NCBI RefSeq assembly: GCF_051097895.1
Contig: NZ_CP142525.1
Span: forward strand, 2,040,001 to 2,072,000
Length of the DNA: 32,000 nt
Origin: Psychrobacter sp. HD31
GTDB taxonomy: Bacteria; Pseudomonadota; Gammaproteobacteria; Pseudomonadales; Moraxellaceae
Reading direction: 5' to 3'
Under the pieces are notes generated by a model. It was not told the origin of the DNA and did no database searches. It worked only from the letters and a program-made list of their open reading frames with translations. How positions within the stretch are numbered: position 1 is the first letter of the stretch; every line of letters starts with the position of its first letter. The translations under genes and the position numbers were made by a program. Shown piece after piece: positions 7,809 to 16,012 of this stretch.

Positions 7809-8772
7809 ATTTTTCTAAAGTTTCTAAATTATATTTTAGTGCTTCAAAGCAAATATCTGTTTTAAAGCCACGATATTGCAAAAATCTGAGTTGTTTTGCT
7901 TTCTCTTTTTGTGCCATTGGGATGTGGTCACCATATTTTTTTACTCTGGCTTCAACTGCTAACGATAACCAATCGACTTTATCTGTACCACTATTATCTA
8001 TAAAATCGGCAAATTCATCAGATTCGGCATTTGCCATGTCAATTAATTCATCAATGTTATTGGGTACGGCAAGTTTACGTTCAAAAAAGTCTTGTTCAAT
8101 GCGCCTGCGTCCTCTTCCTTTACGGATACTTGCCCTTATTAGCATAAGCGCCGTTCGCATCTCACTTTGGTAACCTTTTTCTGCAAATTCGGCAAGTAGC
8201 GCATCAATTTTGTCGGGGTCTTGATTTTTTGCTAGCAACTTTGTTTTTAATTCACTTGCGGAGTGCTCTCTAACTGATAAATAATAAAAGGCCAGCCAAC
8301 GTAGTCGGCTATTGGATTTTATTTCATTGATTTCAGCTTGGCGTTGTTCGGGTGTTTTTAGCTCGTTTTGTAATTTTTGAGTTAAGTTATCTAGCTGATT
8401 ATGGTTAGCTGAATGCCCATGATTACTGACATCGTCATTTTTTATCTCTTGTAAAATCGACTTTATATCGAGTTTTTTAGATGGTTCGGTTGTCGGTTGA
8501 GCGTTAGATGTTGCTATTGAGGCGTTATGTAAAGGCTTGTTTTTTTTATGTTGGCGAGTGTTATATGCCTTTTTGTGAGTTTTATGCTGTTTATAAGGTG
8601 ATTTTTTATTTTGCCCATGTTTTTTAGGCATCTTAGGCGTAGGATGCGTCTCTTTAAAAAAGTCTACCGATAAAGGTTCACTTGGCTGGCTATTATCAAC
8701 ATTATTGGCATCTTTAGCTTTGATGTTGTTTTCTGCAAGAATGTCGGCAAGTGTTTTAATTTGCATGGTCAT
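7807..8772 (-). CDS. recX: RecA regulator RecX with a long N-terminal low-complexity extension
   Basis: The C-terminal ~175 aa align with E. coli RecX (LSVREHSASELKTKLL..., KQLRFLQYRGF). It lies directly downstream of recA. The N-terminal ~145 aa are Lys/His/Asn/Gln-rich. Confidence 0.85.
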   Translation of the reverse strand: MTMQIKTLADILAENNIKAKDANNVDNSQPSEPLSVDFFKETHPTPKMPKKHGQNKKSPYKQHKTHKKAYNTRQHKKNKPLHNASIATSNAQPTTEPSKKLDIKSILQEIKNDDVSNHGHSANHNQLDNLTQKLQNELKTPEQRQAEINEIKSNSRLRWLAFYYLSVREHSASELKTKLLAKNQDPDKIDALLAEFAEKGYQSEMRTALMLIRASIRKGRGRRRIEQDFFERKLAVPNNIDELIDMANAESDEFADFIDNSGTDKVDWLSLAVEARVKKYGDHIPMAQKEKAKQLRFLQYRGFKTDICFEALKYNLETLEK

Positions 8773-8838
8773 TGATTTAAAGCGAAGACGTTATCTAAAG
8801 CAGTGATAGGATGTATTGTCGATTTTAAAGGAGACTTT

Positions 8839-8872
8839 CCCTATTAGCCCATCAATTAATAGACTAATAGGG
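8839..8872 (-). terminator. Hairpin between recA and recX (possible attenuator)
   Basis: CCCTATTAG-16 nt-CTAATAGGG forms a perfect 9-bp stem 21 nt after the recA stop. The downstream U-tract is poor, so termination would be partial at best. An intergenic hairpin limiting recX read-through is known in E. coli. Confidence 0.4.
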
Positions 8873-8892
8873 TAATATTAAGGTATTAGTTT

Positions 8893-9933
8893 TTAGCCTT
8901 GTGGTGCTGTTTCTTGATTACCCTTATCTGATTTTGGGGCACCCGTATTTAGTTTTTCTTCACGGATTTTATCTTCAATTTCTTTAGCGATTTCTGGATT
9001 TTCTGCTAAATATTTAACTGAGTTTGCTTTACCTTGTCCAATTTTATCATCGCCATAGCTGTACCAAGCACCTGCTTTGCCAACCAAGCCCATATCTACA
9101 CCAAGGTCAATTACTTCGGCAAGGTGGTTGGTGCCTGAGCCGTAGGTGATTTCAAATTCTGCTTGGCGGAACGGTGGTGCCATTTTATTTTTGATAACCT
9201 TAACGCGCGTTTGGTTACCAACAATTTCGTCACCTTCTTTAATAGAACCAATACGGCGGATGTCCATACGAACAGAGGCATAGAATTTAAGAGCATTACC
9301 ACCGGTTGTGGTTTCTGGGCTACCAAACATAACGCCAATTTTCATACGGATTTGGTTAATAAATACAACCATACAGTTAGAGCGTTTAGCATTACCTGTA
9401 ATCTTACGCAGTGCTTGGCTCATCAAGCGAGCTTGCAAGCCCATGTGTGAATCACCCATTTCACCTTCAATTTCTGCTCTTGGAGTTAATGCGGCAACTG
9501 AGTCAACAACAATCATGTCAATGGCACCAGAGCGCACGAGCATGTCGGTAATTTCAAGTGCTTGTTCGCCGTTATCTGGCTGAGATACAAGCAAGGCATC
9601 GGTATCTACCCCCAGCTTACGGGCATAGATTGGGTCTAAGGCGTGCTCGGCATCAATAAAGGCGCAAGTACCGCCGGATTTTTGGCATTCTGCAATTGCT
9701 TGTAAAGTTAGAGTAGTTTTACCTGAACTTTCTGGACCATAAATTTCTATAATACGTCCTTTTGGTAAACCGCCAATGCCTAAAGCAATATCTAAACCAA
9801 GCGAACCAGTAGAAACCACGTCAACATCTAGGGCAACCGAATCATCACCTAAGTGCATGATGGTATTTTTACCAAATTGTTTTTCAATTTGCCCTAAGGC
9901 AGCTTTAAGTGCTTTTTCTTTATTTGCATCCAT
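8893..9933 (-). CDS. recA: Recombinase RecA
   Basis: Near full-length identity pattern to bacterial RecA. Walker A is [13 protein letters not shown] lies 6 nt upstream of the ATG. Confidence 0.97.
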   Translation of the reverse strand: MDANKEKALKAALGQIEKQFGKNTIMHLGDDSVALDVDVVSTGSLGLDIALGIGGLPKGRIIEIYGPESSGKTTLTLQAIAECQKSGGTCAFIDAEHALDPIYARKLGVDTDALLVSQPDNGEQALEITDMLVRSGAIDMIVVDSVAALTPRAEIEGEMGDSHMGLQARLMSQALRKITGNAKRSNCMVVFINQIRMKIGVMFGSPETTTGGNALKFYASVRMDIRRIGSIKEGDEIVGNQTRVKVIKNKMAPPFRQAEFEITYGSGTNHLAEVIDLGVDMGLVGKAGAWYSYGDDKIGQGKANSVKYLAENPEIAKEIEDKIREEKLNTGAPKSDKGNQETAPQG

Positions 9934-9968
9934 GTTGGCTCCAAACCTAATATATATAAATAATTGTG

Positions 9969-9983
9969 CTGTTATAGTAACAG
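9969..9983. repeat. Perfect inverted repeat CTGTTA-tag-TAACAG upstream of recA
   Basis: Read directly from the sequence, 36-50 nt upstream of the recA ATG. It has CTGT...ACAG ends like an SOS box, but the spacing is N7 rather than N8. Function unknown. Confidence 0.5.
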
Positions 9984-10004
9984 AAATTTACTACAAAATC
10001 AGGT

Positions 10005-10042
10005 AATAAAAAACCTACACGACCCTTATTGTCGCATAGGTT
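10005..10042 (-). terminator. Rho-independent terminator after the flavin reductase gene
   Basis: The minus-strand RNA reads AACCUAUGCGAC-aauaagg-GUCGUGUAGGUU, pairing as 6 + 4 bp around a 2-nt internal loop. It is followed by UUUUAUU. Confidence 0.65.
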
Positions 10043-10083
10043 TAGTCATTTATATGAAGCAGTTATATGGTTAACTGAGCTGA

Positions 10084-10686
10084 TTAAGGTCTTGCTAAAT
10101 CAATCAGCTCATTTGTGGTTGAGTATAGGTTACCGCCCATTTTTCCAACACTATCTAACGCCTTTTGATTAATCATGCCATCGTTTAGCAAGGCATCATT
10201 AACATAAATATTTTTAACATCCAGCAACACAAGGCTACCACCTGCTGGTTCAGTACTAATATTAATTACATCTCTAAGGGTGCACTCGTATCTTACGGGT
10301 GAGTCTTTAACAGACAAAGGTGCAACACCATGGCTTGGGCATGTGGTAATTTTTGCAAAGTCAAACTCACTTTCATTAGGTGGCAATGCTTTGCAAGATA
10401 AGTTCATTTGATTTAATAGGTTTGAATTAACAATATGAACAACGCACTCTTTTGTATCTAATAAATTACCCAGAGTATCTTTATTTGAACCAGACTGCTG
10501 CATGATTTGGGTAAAGCATAATACAGGCGGGTTAGTACTGGCTACGGTAAAAAAGGAGTATGGTGCAATGTTGTGAATACCATCAATCGATAGCGTGCTA
10601 ATCCAGGCAATAGGGCGGGGAGTAATGCCCCCAACGAGTATTTTTTGCATGCTTTGGTTGTCGAGCGTTGCTGGATCAAAAATCAT
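10084..10686 (-). CDS. Flavin reductase-like (FMN-binding split-barrel, DIM6/NTAB family) protein
   Basis: The N-terminal pattern L.GGITPRPIAWISTLS.DG..N.APYSFF matches the flavin reductase domain family. GGAG lies upstream of the ATG. Confidence 0.75.
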   Translation of the reverse strand: MIFDPATLDNQSMQKILVGGITPRPIAWISTLSIDGIHNIAPYSFFTVASTNPPVLCFTQIMQQSGSNKDTLGNLLDTKECVVHIVNSNLLNQMNLSCKALPPNESEFDFAKITTCPSHGVAPLSVKDSPVRYECTLRDVINISTEPAGGSLVLLDVKNIYVNDALLNDGMINQKALDSVGKMGGNLYSTTNELIDLARP

Positions 10687-10820
10687 GGTTACTCCTTTTT
10701 ATTAAATAACTTAAAACCATTTGATTTAATAGTGTTTTTTGTGTGGTGAATGAATGCGACACACCGTTATAGTTTATGTGATTATATAATGTTGAAAGTA
10801 AAGCTGAAAGTACGTTGATA

Positions 10821-10855
10821 TAAAAAAACACCACCGTATAGTCACACAGTGATGT
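10821..10855 (-). terminator. Rho-independent terminator after lon
   Basis: The minus-strand RNA reads ACAUCAC-14 nt-GUGGUGU (7 bp including one G.U) followed by UUUUUUAU. A second 6-bp hairpin (10867-10885) sits just after the lon stop. Confidence 0.55.
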
Positions 10856-10898
10856 TTTAAAGGAGGTTAGGCTTTGTACGCCTAAGGATTAGTGGAAT

Positions 10899-13394
10899 TT
10901 AGCTCCTTAAAGCTTTATCAGACTGAGTGGTATCTACCGCTACTTTTTTGAGTTTGATTGGTTTTGGCATTTTTACTAATGCGGCTTTTAAAACTTCATC
11001 AATGGTCGCAACAGGTTGAATGGTCAAACCTTCTTTTACATGCTCAGGTATTTCTGCTAAGTCTCGTTCATTGGATTCAGGAATCAACACAAGCTTAATA
11101 CCACCACGGTGTGCTGCTAACAGTTTTTCTTTTAACCCACCAATCCGCAATACTTGTCCACGTAAAGTGACTTCACCTGTCATGGCGATATCTGGGCGTA
11201 TGGCAATGTTAGTCATTGCAGAAACCAAAGCGGTTGTTAGTGCAATACCGGCAGAGGGTCCATCTTTAGGGGTGGCGCCTTCTGGCATATGGACGTGCAC
11301 ATCCGTTGATTTGACTTTGTTGTAGTCAATACCCAGTAGTTCACCACGAGAGCGAACAACGCTCATGGCTGCTCTAATTGACTCTTTCATGACATCACCT
11401 AGCGAACCTGTATAAACAAAGTCACCTTTGCCGGGCATGGTAATGGTTTCAATAGTTAATAGTTCTCCGCCAACAGATGTCCATGCCAAACCAGTTACTC
11501 GTCCAACTTCTGGTTTTTCTTCTGCTAAACCATAGTCGTATTTATGTACGCCTAGGTAGTCAGCGATATTTGAGGCATCAACCGTGGTCAGCATTCTATC
11601 TTGTTTTTTAGGGGTACGTTTGCCATGTTTTTCAACCAAACCACGGACAACCTTACGGCTAATTTTGCTGACTTCTCTTTCTAAATTACGTACGCCAGCC
11701 TCACGTGTGTATCGTTGAACAATGCTTTGCAAGGCATCTTTGGTGATTGCTAATTCACCTTCTTTTAAGCCGTTTTCTTTTATGGCACGTGGCACTAAAT
11801 ATTGCTCGGCAATGTTAATTTTTTCATCTTCTGTATAGCCAGGTAGGTTAATGACTTCCATACGGTCAAGCAAGGCAGGGGGTATGTCCATGCTATTGGC
11901 TGTACAAATAAACATCACTTGTGACAGGTCTAAGTCCATATCTAGGTAATGGTCGTTAAAGCTGTTATTTTGCGAAGGATCTAACACCTCAAGTAATGCA
12001 GAAGCAGGGTCACCTCTAAAGTCTTGCGCCATTTTGTCAATTTCATCAAGCAAAAATAGTGGGTTATTAACTTCAACTTTTGTTAATGACTGTACAATTT
12101 TGCCAGGCATAGCACCAATATATGTGCGGCGATGCCCACGGATTTCTGCTTCATCACGCACGCCGCCAAGTGCCATACGCACAAACTCACGTCCTGTAGC
12201 ATGGGCAATAGACTTACCTAATGAGGTTTTACCAACACCTGGTGGACCTACTAAGCAAAGGATTGGTCCTTTAATTTGTTTAACGCGGGATTGTACGGCT
12301 AAGTATTCTAAAATACGGTCTTTCACATCATCTAGCCCATAATGGTCGGCATCTAAAGTTTTTTTGGCTTTAGGTAGTTGTATGCTGACTTTACTGGACT
12401 TTTTCCATGGTGTATCTAAAATCCACTCAATATAGTTGCGTACCACCGATGATTCTGATGATGCTGGCGGCATCATTTTAAATTTTTTAAATTCTTGTTC
12501 GGCTTTTTTACGGACATCATCTGGTAAATCGGCATCTTTTAGGCGTTGTTCTAGTTCACTTAAGTCATCTTCGCTATCAAACAGAACACCATCGTTCATG
12601 TCATTAAGCTCACTTTTAATTGCCTTCATTTTTTCATTTAAAAAATACTCGCGCTGGTTGTCTTCCATTTGTTTGCGCACGGCATCTTGGATTTCTTGCT
12701 CAATACTTTGCTCGGCACTTTGTTTTACCAAATATTCGGTTAAAGTGTTGATGTGCTTGCTTAAGTCGTCTTCTTCTAAGAATTGTTGTTTAACGTTTAA
12801 GTCCATAGAAACACGAGTTGAGATAAAGAAAATCAACTCTTGTAAGTCTTCAATACGTTCGGCAACTCGGGTGAGTTCTCGGGCATTTCTTAAACGAGCA
12901 TTTGCATAGTCATTAAACAACCCAAGTAATGCTTTTTTGGTGTTTTCAACCTGATTATCATCCATAGGGATTGATAAGTCGCTACGCTCAAAATTTGCCA
13001 TGATTAAGTGCTCATGGTCAATGACTTCATCAACGCGTGCTCTAAATTCGCCTTCAATCAACACTTTGATACAGTTTTCATCACTGTCATGCGGCATGGT
13101 GCTGATAATGCGCGCAATGGTACCATATTGGTAAAGGTTGTCTTGGCTGATGTCTTCGGTTAATGAATCTTTTTGCGCAACTACCAAAATTTGGCTGTTG
13201 TATTCATCTTGAGCCAGTTCGATTGCTTTAATAGAAGGGGTGCGCCCAACAAATAAGGCAATTTGCATGTGTGGATAAACCACAACATCTCGCAAGGCAA
13301 GTAGTGGTAAATGAGTTGGGTTTGTGGTTTGTGTTTTTTCTTCTTGAGCGTTTTGCTCATCCATAGCTAATTTGTTATCTGGTAAATCTGACAT
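10899..13394 (-). CDS. lon: ATP-dependent Lon protease
   Basis: 831 aa with the N-terminal LON domain, Walker A GPPGVGKTS and the catalytic-serine motif PKDGPSAG. Confidence 0.95.
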   Translation of the reverse strand: MSDLPDNKLAMDEQNAQEEKTQTTNPTHLPLLALRDVVVYPHMQIALFVGRTPSIKAIELAQDEYNSQILVVAQKDSLTEDISQDNLYQYGTIARIISTMPHDSDENCIKVLIEGEFRARVDEVIDHEHLIMANFERSDLSIPMDDNQVENTKKALLGLFNDYANARLRNARELTRVAERIEDLQELIFFISTRVSMDLNVKQQFLEEDDLSKHINTLTEYLVKQSAEQSIEQEIQDAVRKQMEDNQREYFLNEKMKAIKSELNDMNDGVLFDSEDDLSELEQRLKDADLPDDVRKKAEQEFKKFKMMPPASSESSVVRNYIEWILDTPWKKSSKVSIQLPKAKKTLDADHYGLDDVKDRILEYLAVQSRVKQIKGPILCLVGPPGVGKTSLGKSIAHATGREFVRMALGGVRDEAEIRGHRRTYIGAMPGKIVQSLTKVEVNNPLFLLDEIDKMAQDFRGDPASALLEVLDPSQNNSFNDHYLDMDLDLSQVMFICTANSMDIPPALLDRMEVINLPGYTEDEKINIAEQYLVPRAIKENGLKEGELAITKDALQSIVQRYTREAGVRNLEREVSKISRKVVRGLVEKHGKRTPKKQDRMLTTVDASNIADYLGVHKYDYGLAEEKPEVGRVTGLAWTSVGGELLTIETITMPGKGDFVYTGSLGDVMKESIRAAMSVVRSRGELLGIDYNKVKSTDVHVHMPEGATPKDGPSAGIALTTALVSAMTNIAIRPDIAMTGEVTLRGQVLRIGGLKEKLLAAHRGGIKLVLIPESNERDLAEIPEHVKEGLTIQPVATIDEVLKAALVKMPKPIKLKKVAVDTTQSDKALRS

Positions 13395-13465
13395 TTATTA
13401 ACATTCCTACCCGATTGGGTTTTCAAATCGTACTTATTACTAGAATTTTTACTTTATTAATTAAT

Positions 13466-13493
13466 AAATGGAGTTTGGGTGTAAAAATACAAG
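13466..13493 (-). promoter_or_regulatory. Candidate sigma-32 (heat-shock) promoter for lon
   Basis: The minus strand reads aCCTTGTAT-13 nt-CTCCATTTA, against the E. coli sigma-32 consensus CCCTTGAA-N13-17-CCCCATnTA. It lies ~70 nt upstream of the lon ATG. This is pattern match only. Confidence 0.4.
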
Positions 13494-13553
13494 GTTGATT
13501 ATGATGTTAGACTTTGTTTTTATTGGTCAAAGGCTTATACATATTAGGATTAG

Positions 13554-13562
13554 TGGTATAAT
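13554..13562 (+). promoter_or_regulatory. Extended -10 element (TGGTATAAT) upstream of the transporter gene
   Basis: TGnTATAAT lies 34 nt upstream of ATG 13596. I saw no good -35 element. Confidence 0.3.
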
Positions 13563-13595
13563 AAATAGTTTTGATGCATTGATTTGGAGGGCAAA

Positions 13596-14909
13596 ATGAA
13601 TGCAGTTTTAGTGGCGGTATTAATCATGCTTGGGCTATCTTTGGCTCGTGTACACGTAGTACTGAGTTTGTTGGTGGCGGCAATTATAGGTGGTCTGTTA
13701 GCTGGTTTAGGGCTTGAAAATACGCTAACAGCGTTTCAAGAAGGCATAAAAAACGGTTCTGAGATTGCACTATCCTATGCATTACTAGGGGCATTTGCAG
13801 TTGCGATTGCGCACTCTGGTCTACCACGACTATTATCAGATAAGGTGGTGCATAGCATCAAAAGTACAAATGGCTCAAGTACCATTAAATGGGGCTTATT
13901 TGTTGGTTTGGTTGTGATGAGTTGTTTTAGCCAAAACTTGATACCTATTCATATTGCGTTTATCCCGCTTATTGTGCCACCGTTACTTATTGTGTTTAAC
14001 AAAATGCAAGTTGATAGAAGACTGCTTGCCTGTTTGATAACCTTTGGTTTAGTAAATACCTATATGTTTTTGCCATACGGATTTGGTGATATTTATTTAA
14101 ACCAAATTATGCTAAAAAATGTGGCAGAAGCAGGGCTAGATACAAGCAATATCTCTGTTATGAAAGCAATGGCAATACCTGCTCTGGGCATGTTGTTGGG
14201 CTTATTATTTGCTGTGTTTGTTAGTTACCGTAAACCAAGAGTTTATAAAAACATAGCAGTTAGCCAAAATGCACAAACAGAGCAAGCACCTAGCCCATTA
14301 AAAACGGTCATTGCGATGCTTGCGATTATCACAGCATTTGTGGTGCAGTTGGTTACTGGCTCTTTATTGCTTGGCTCATTGTTTGGTTTTGGTGTGTTTA
14401 TGGCAACGGGTGTTGTAAAGTGGCATGAGGCCGATGGTGTATTTAACGATGGCGTTAAAATGATGGCGATGATTGGTTTTATCATGATTACGGCACAAGG
14501 TTTTGCCGAAGTAATGAAAACAACCGAGCAAATTCAACCTTTGGTTGATGGCGCAGCTGAGATGTTTGCTGGTAACCAAGCGATGGCAGCCTTTATTATG
14601 TTGCTTATAGGGTTGGTAGTCACTATGGGGATTGGTTCATCTTTTTCTACCATTCCTATTATTGCAGCAATTTATGTCCCTTTATGTGCTTCTATGGGGT
14701 TTTCGCCTCTTGCCACAGTTGCCATTATTGGTACAGCCGGAGCATTGGGAGATGCCGGTTCGCCAGCGTCTGATTCAACATTAGGTCCTACCTCTGGTTT
14801 GGCAGTAGATGAGCAACACGACCATATTAAAGACAGTGTTATCCCAACCTTTATCCACTATAACATCCCGTTGTTGATATTTGGTTGGATTGCAGCAATG
14901 GTGCTTTGA
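13596..14909 (+). CDS. NhaC-superfamily membrane transporter (YuiF-like, Na+/H+ antiporter family)
   Basis: The track start TTG 13584 was replaced by ATG 13596, with GGAGGG 5 nt upstream. The protein is polytopic and hydrophobic. The N-terminus MNAVLVAVLIMLGLSLARV and the C-terminal GALGDAGSPASDSTLGPTSGL...IPLLIFGWIAAMVL match the YuiF-type family as I recall it. Confidence 0.75.
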   Translation: MNAVLVAVLIMLGLSLARVHVVLSLLVAAIIGGLLAGLGLENTLTAFQEGIKNGSEIALSYALLGAFAVAIAHSGLPRLLSDKVVHSIKSTNGSSTIKWGLFVGLVVMSCFSQNLIPIHIAFIPLIVPPLLIVFNKMQVDRRLLACLITFGLVNTYMFLPYGFGDIYLNQIMLKNVAEAGLDTSNISVMKAMAIPALGMLLGLLFAVFVSYRKPRVYKNIAVSQNAQTEQAPSPLKTVIAMLAIITAFVVQLVTGSLLLGSLFGFGVFMATGVVKWHEADGVFNDGVKMMAMIGFIMITAQGFAEVMKTTEQIQPLVDGAAEMFAGNQAMAAFIMLLIGLVVTMGIGSSFSTIPIIAAIYVPLCASMGFSPLATVAIIGTAGALGDAGSPASDSTLGPTSGLAVDEQHDHIKDSVIPTFIHYNIPLLIFGWIAAMVL

Positions 14910-14979
14910 TGCGGTTTTGATGGGGCTTATTTGCTCATACTAAATGAATAATATGAAGCTTGTATGTTGCAGAAATGGG

Positions 14980-15219
14980 TTAATCTTTAAACTCATCAAT
15001 ATCATGTTTTGTTGAGCTTAAAAAGGCATCGCTTTGGTTAAGTAATGCCTCTAACCGTTTTGGGTTAATAATGTTGGCAAGTTCTGCCTCATTAAATTGG
15101 GCATCTTCAATAGTTGCTAGTGCGGTATCATTTGTGATGGCTTGCTCTAATTGGGCAAGATGATTATCTACCGTATTTGCAATCGGATTATCAAAAGTGT
15201 CATTGTGTTTATGTGGCAT
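14980..15219 (-). CDS. Small acidic hypothetical protein (79 aa) co-transcribed with ygfA
   Basis: Starts 12 nt after the ygfA stop, with GGA 7 nt upstream. It is Asp/Glu/Asn/Ala-rich and predicted helical. I recognise no family. Confidence 0.45.
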   Translation of the reverse strand: MPHKHNDTFDNPIANTVDNHLAQLEQAITNDTALATIEDAQFNEAELANIINPKRLEALLNQSDAFLSSTKHDIDEFKD

Positions 15220-15231
15220 TTTTTATCCAAA

Positions 15232-15840
15232 TTAAAAGCGAATCAATCTATTTGGTGTCAATGCCATGTCCATTGGCACGTCCCAAGGCTGTCTGTTTAA
15301 TTCTTCCATTACCTGAAAGTCGTAACACCAAGCGATTTTTAGGGGTGTTTTTAGGTTAAAACGATGTGTTTTAGCCAAGGTAACATCGTAAAAACCACCA
15401 CCCATACCAAGGCGAGTGCCTTTTTTATCAACAGCGACTAAGGGGCAAAAAATGGCATCCAGCTGTTCTGCCCAATACGTAACGCTATGACGATGCTGCT
15501 TCATCCCTAAACGGTGTTTGTAGGTTGGTAACGTGTGCAGTTTTTTTCGGTTAACGGGAGAAAACCTTAATTGTTTGTTGTGTTGCCCCAATGAGCCAAC
15601 AACAGGTAAAAAAGGCGTAAACCCCATACGCCAGCACCAGTTTAAAATAGGTTGGGTGGGCTGCTCACCAAAACCATGATAATAAATACCAACTTTGGCA
15701 CTATTTGGCAAAATATGTTGTAATTTATGTAAATGCAAACTTGCCTGCTGTGCATAATTTTGCCGTTGATGTGGCGATAATGCACGTCGCTGGCTAGTGA
15801 TGTATTTGCGATTAACATATAGATTTGTCTGTATTTTCAT
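15232..15840 (-). CDS. ygfA: 5-formyltetrahydrofolate cyclo-ligase
   Basis: Aligns with E. coli YgfA (RRAL.P.QR...), including the LGMGGGFYD signature and the C-terminal W.D.P.D...TP. Confidence 0.8.
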   Translation of the reverse strand: MKIQTNLYVNRKYITSQRRALSPHQRQNYAQQASLHLHKLQHILPNSAKVGIYYHGFGEQPTQPILNWCWRMGFTPFLPVVGSLGQHNKQLRFSPVNRKKLHTLPTYKHRLGMKQHRHSVTYWAEQLDAIFCPLVAVDKKGTRLGMGGGFYDVTLAKTHRFNLKTPLKIAWCYDFQVMEELNRQPWDVPMDMALTPNRLIRF

Positions 15841-16012
15841 ATAAAATCGGTCAAATGTATAAAAATATTATTGTTAAAAATAATGCTTATAAGTGCTAAA
15901 ATGTTTAGTGAACTCTAGCATATCTCTATTACTAGGGTAATGTAAAGGCTTGCATTTTGGTACAGCGAGCCAGAACAAAGTATAAATCCTCTAATCTACT
16001 AAGGGAACAGTT

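Noticed and set aside
7778-8173. 131-aa + strand ORF overlapping the 3' part of recX
   Set aside because: It is a shadow ORF of recX, begins inside the shared terminator hairpin and has low-complexity Ser/Leu/Phe-rich sequence.
9969-9983. Canonical LexA SOS box call for the recA palindrome
   Set aside because: The spacing is CTGT-N7-ACAG rather than N8, and there is only one site in the window. I kept it as a low-confidence finding but did not annotate it as a LexA operator.
12436-12909. 157-aa + strand ORF inside lon (also 11020-11325 and 12034-12342)
   Set aside because: It is antisense to a region of lon with clear homology. The Ser/Leu/Cys-rich composition is characteristic of the complementary frame of a Glu/Lys/Asp-rich coding region.
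15841-16012. Looked for 6S RNA (ssrS) upstream of ygfA, a linkage common in gammaproteobacteria
   Set aside because: The 172-bp spacer is AT-rich and must also hold the fumC promoter and RBS. I could not find the long closing-stem/central-bubble/terminal-stem complementarity expected of a ~180-nt 6S RNA. A covariance-model scan (Rfam 6S) would be decisive.
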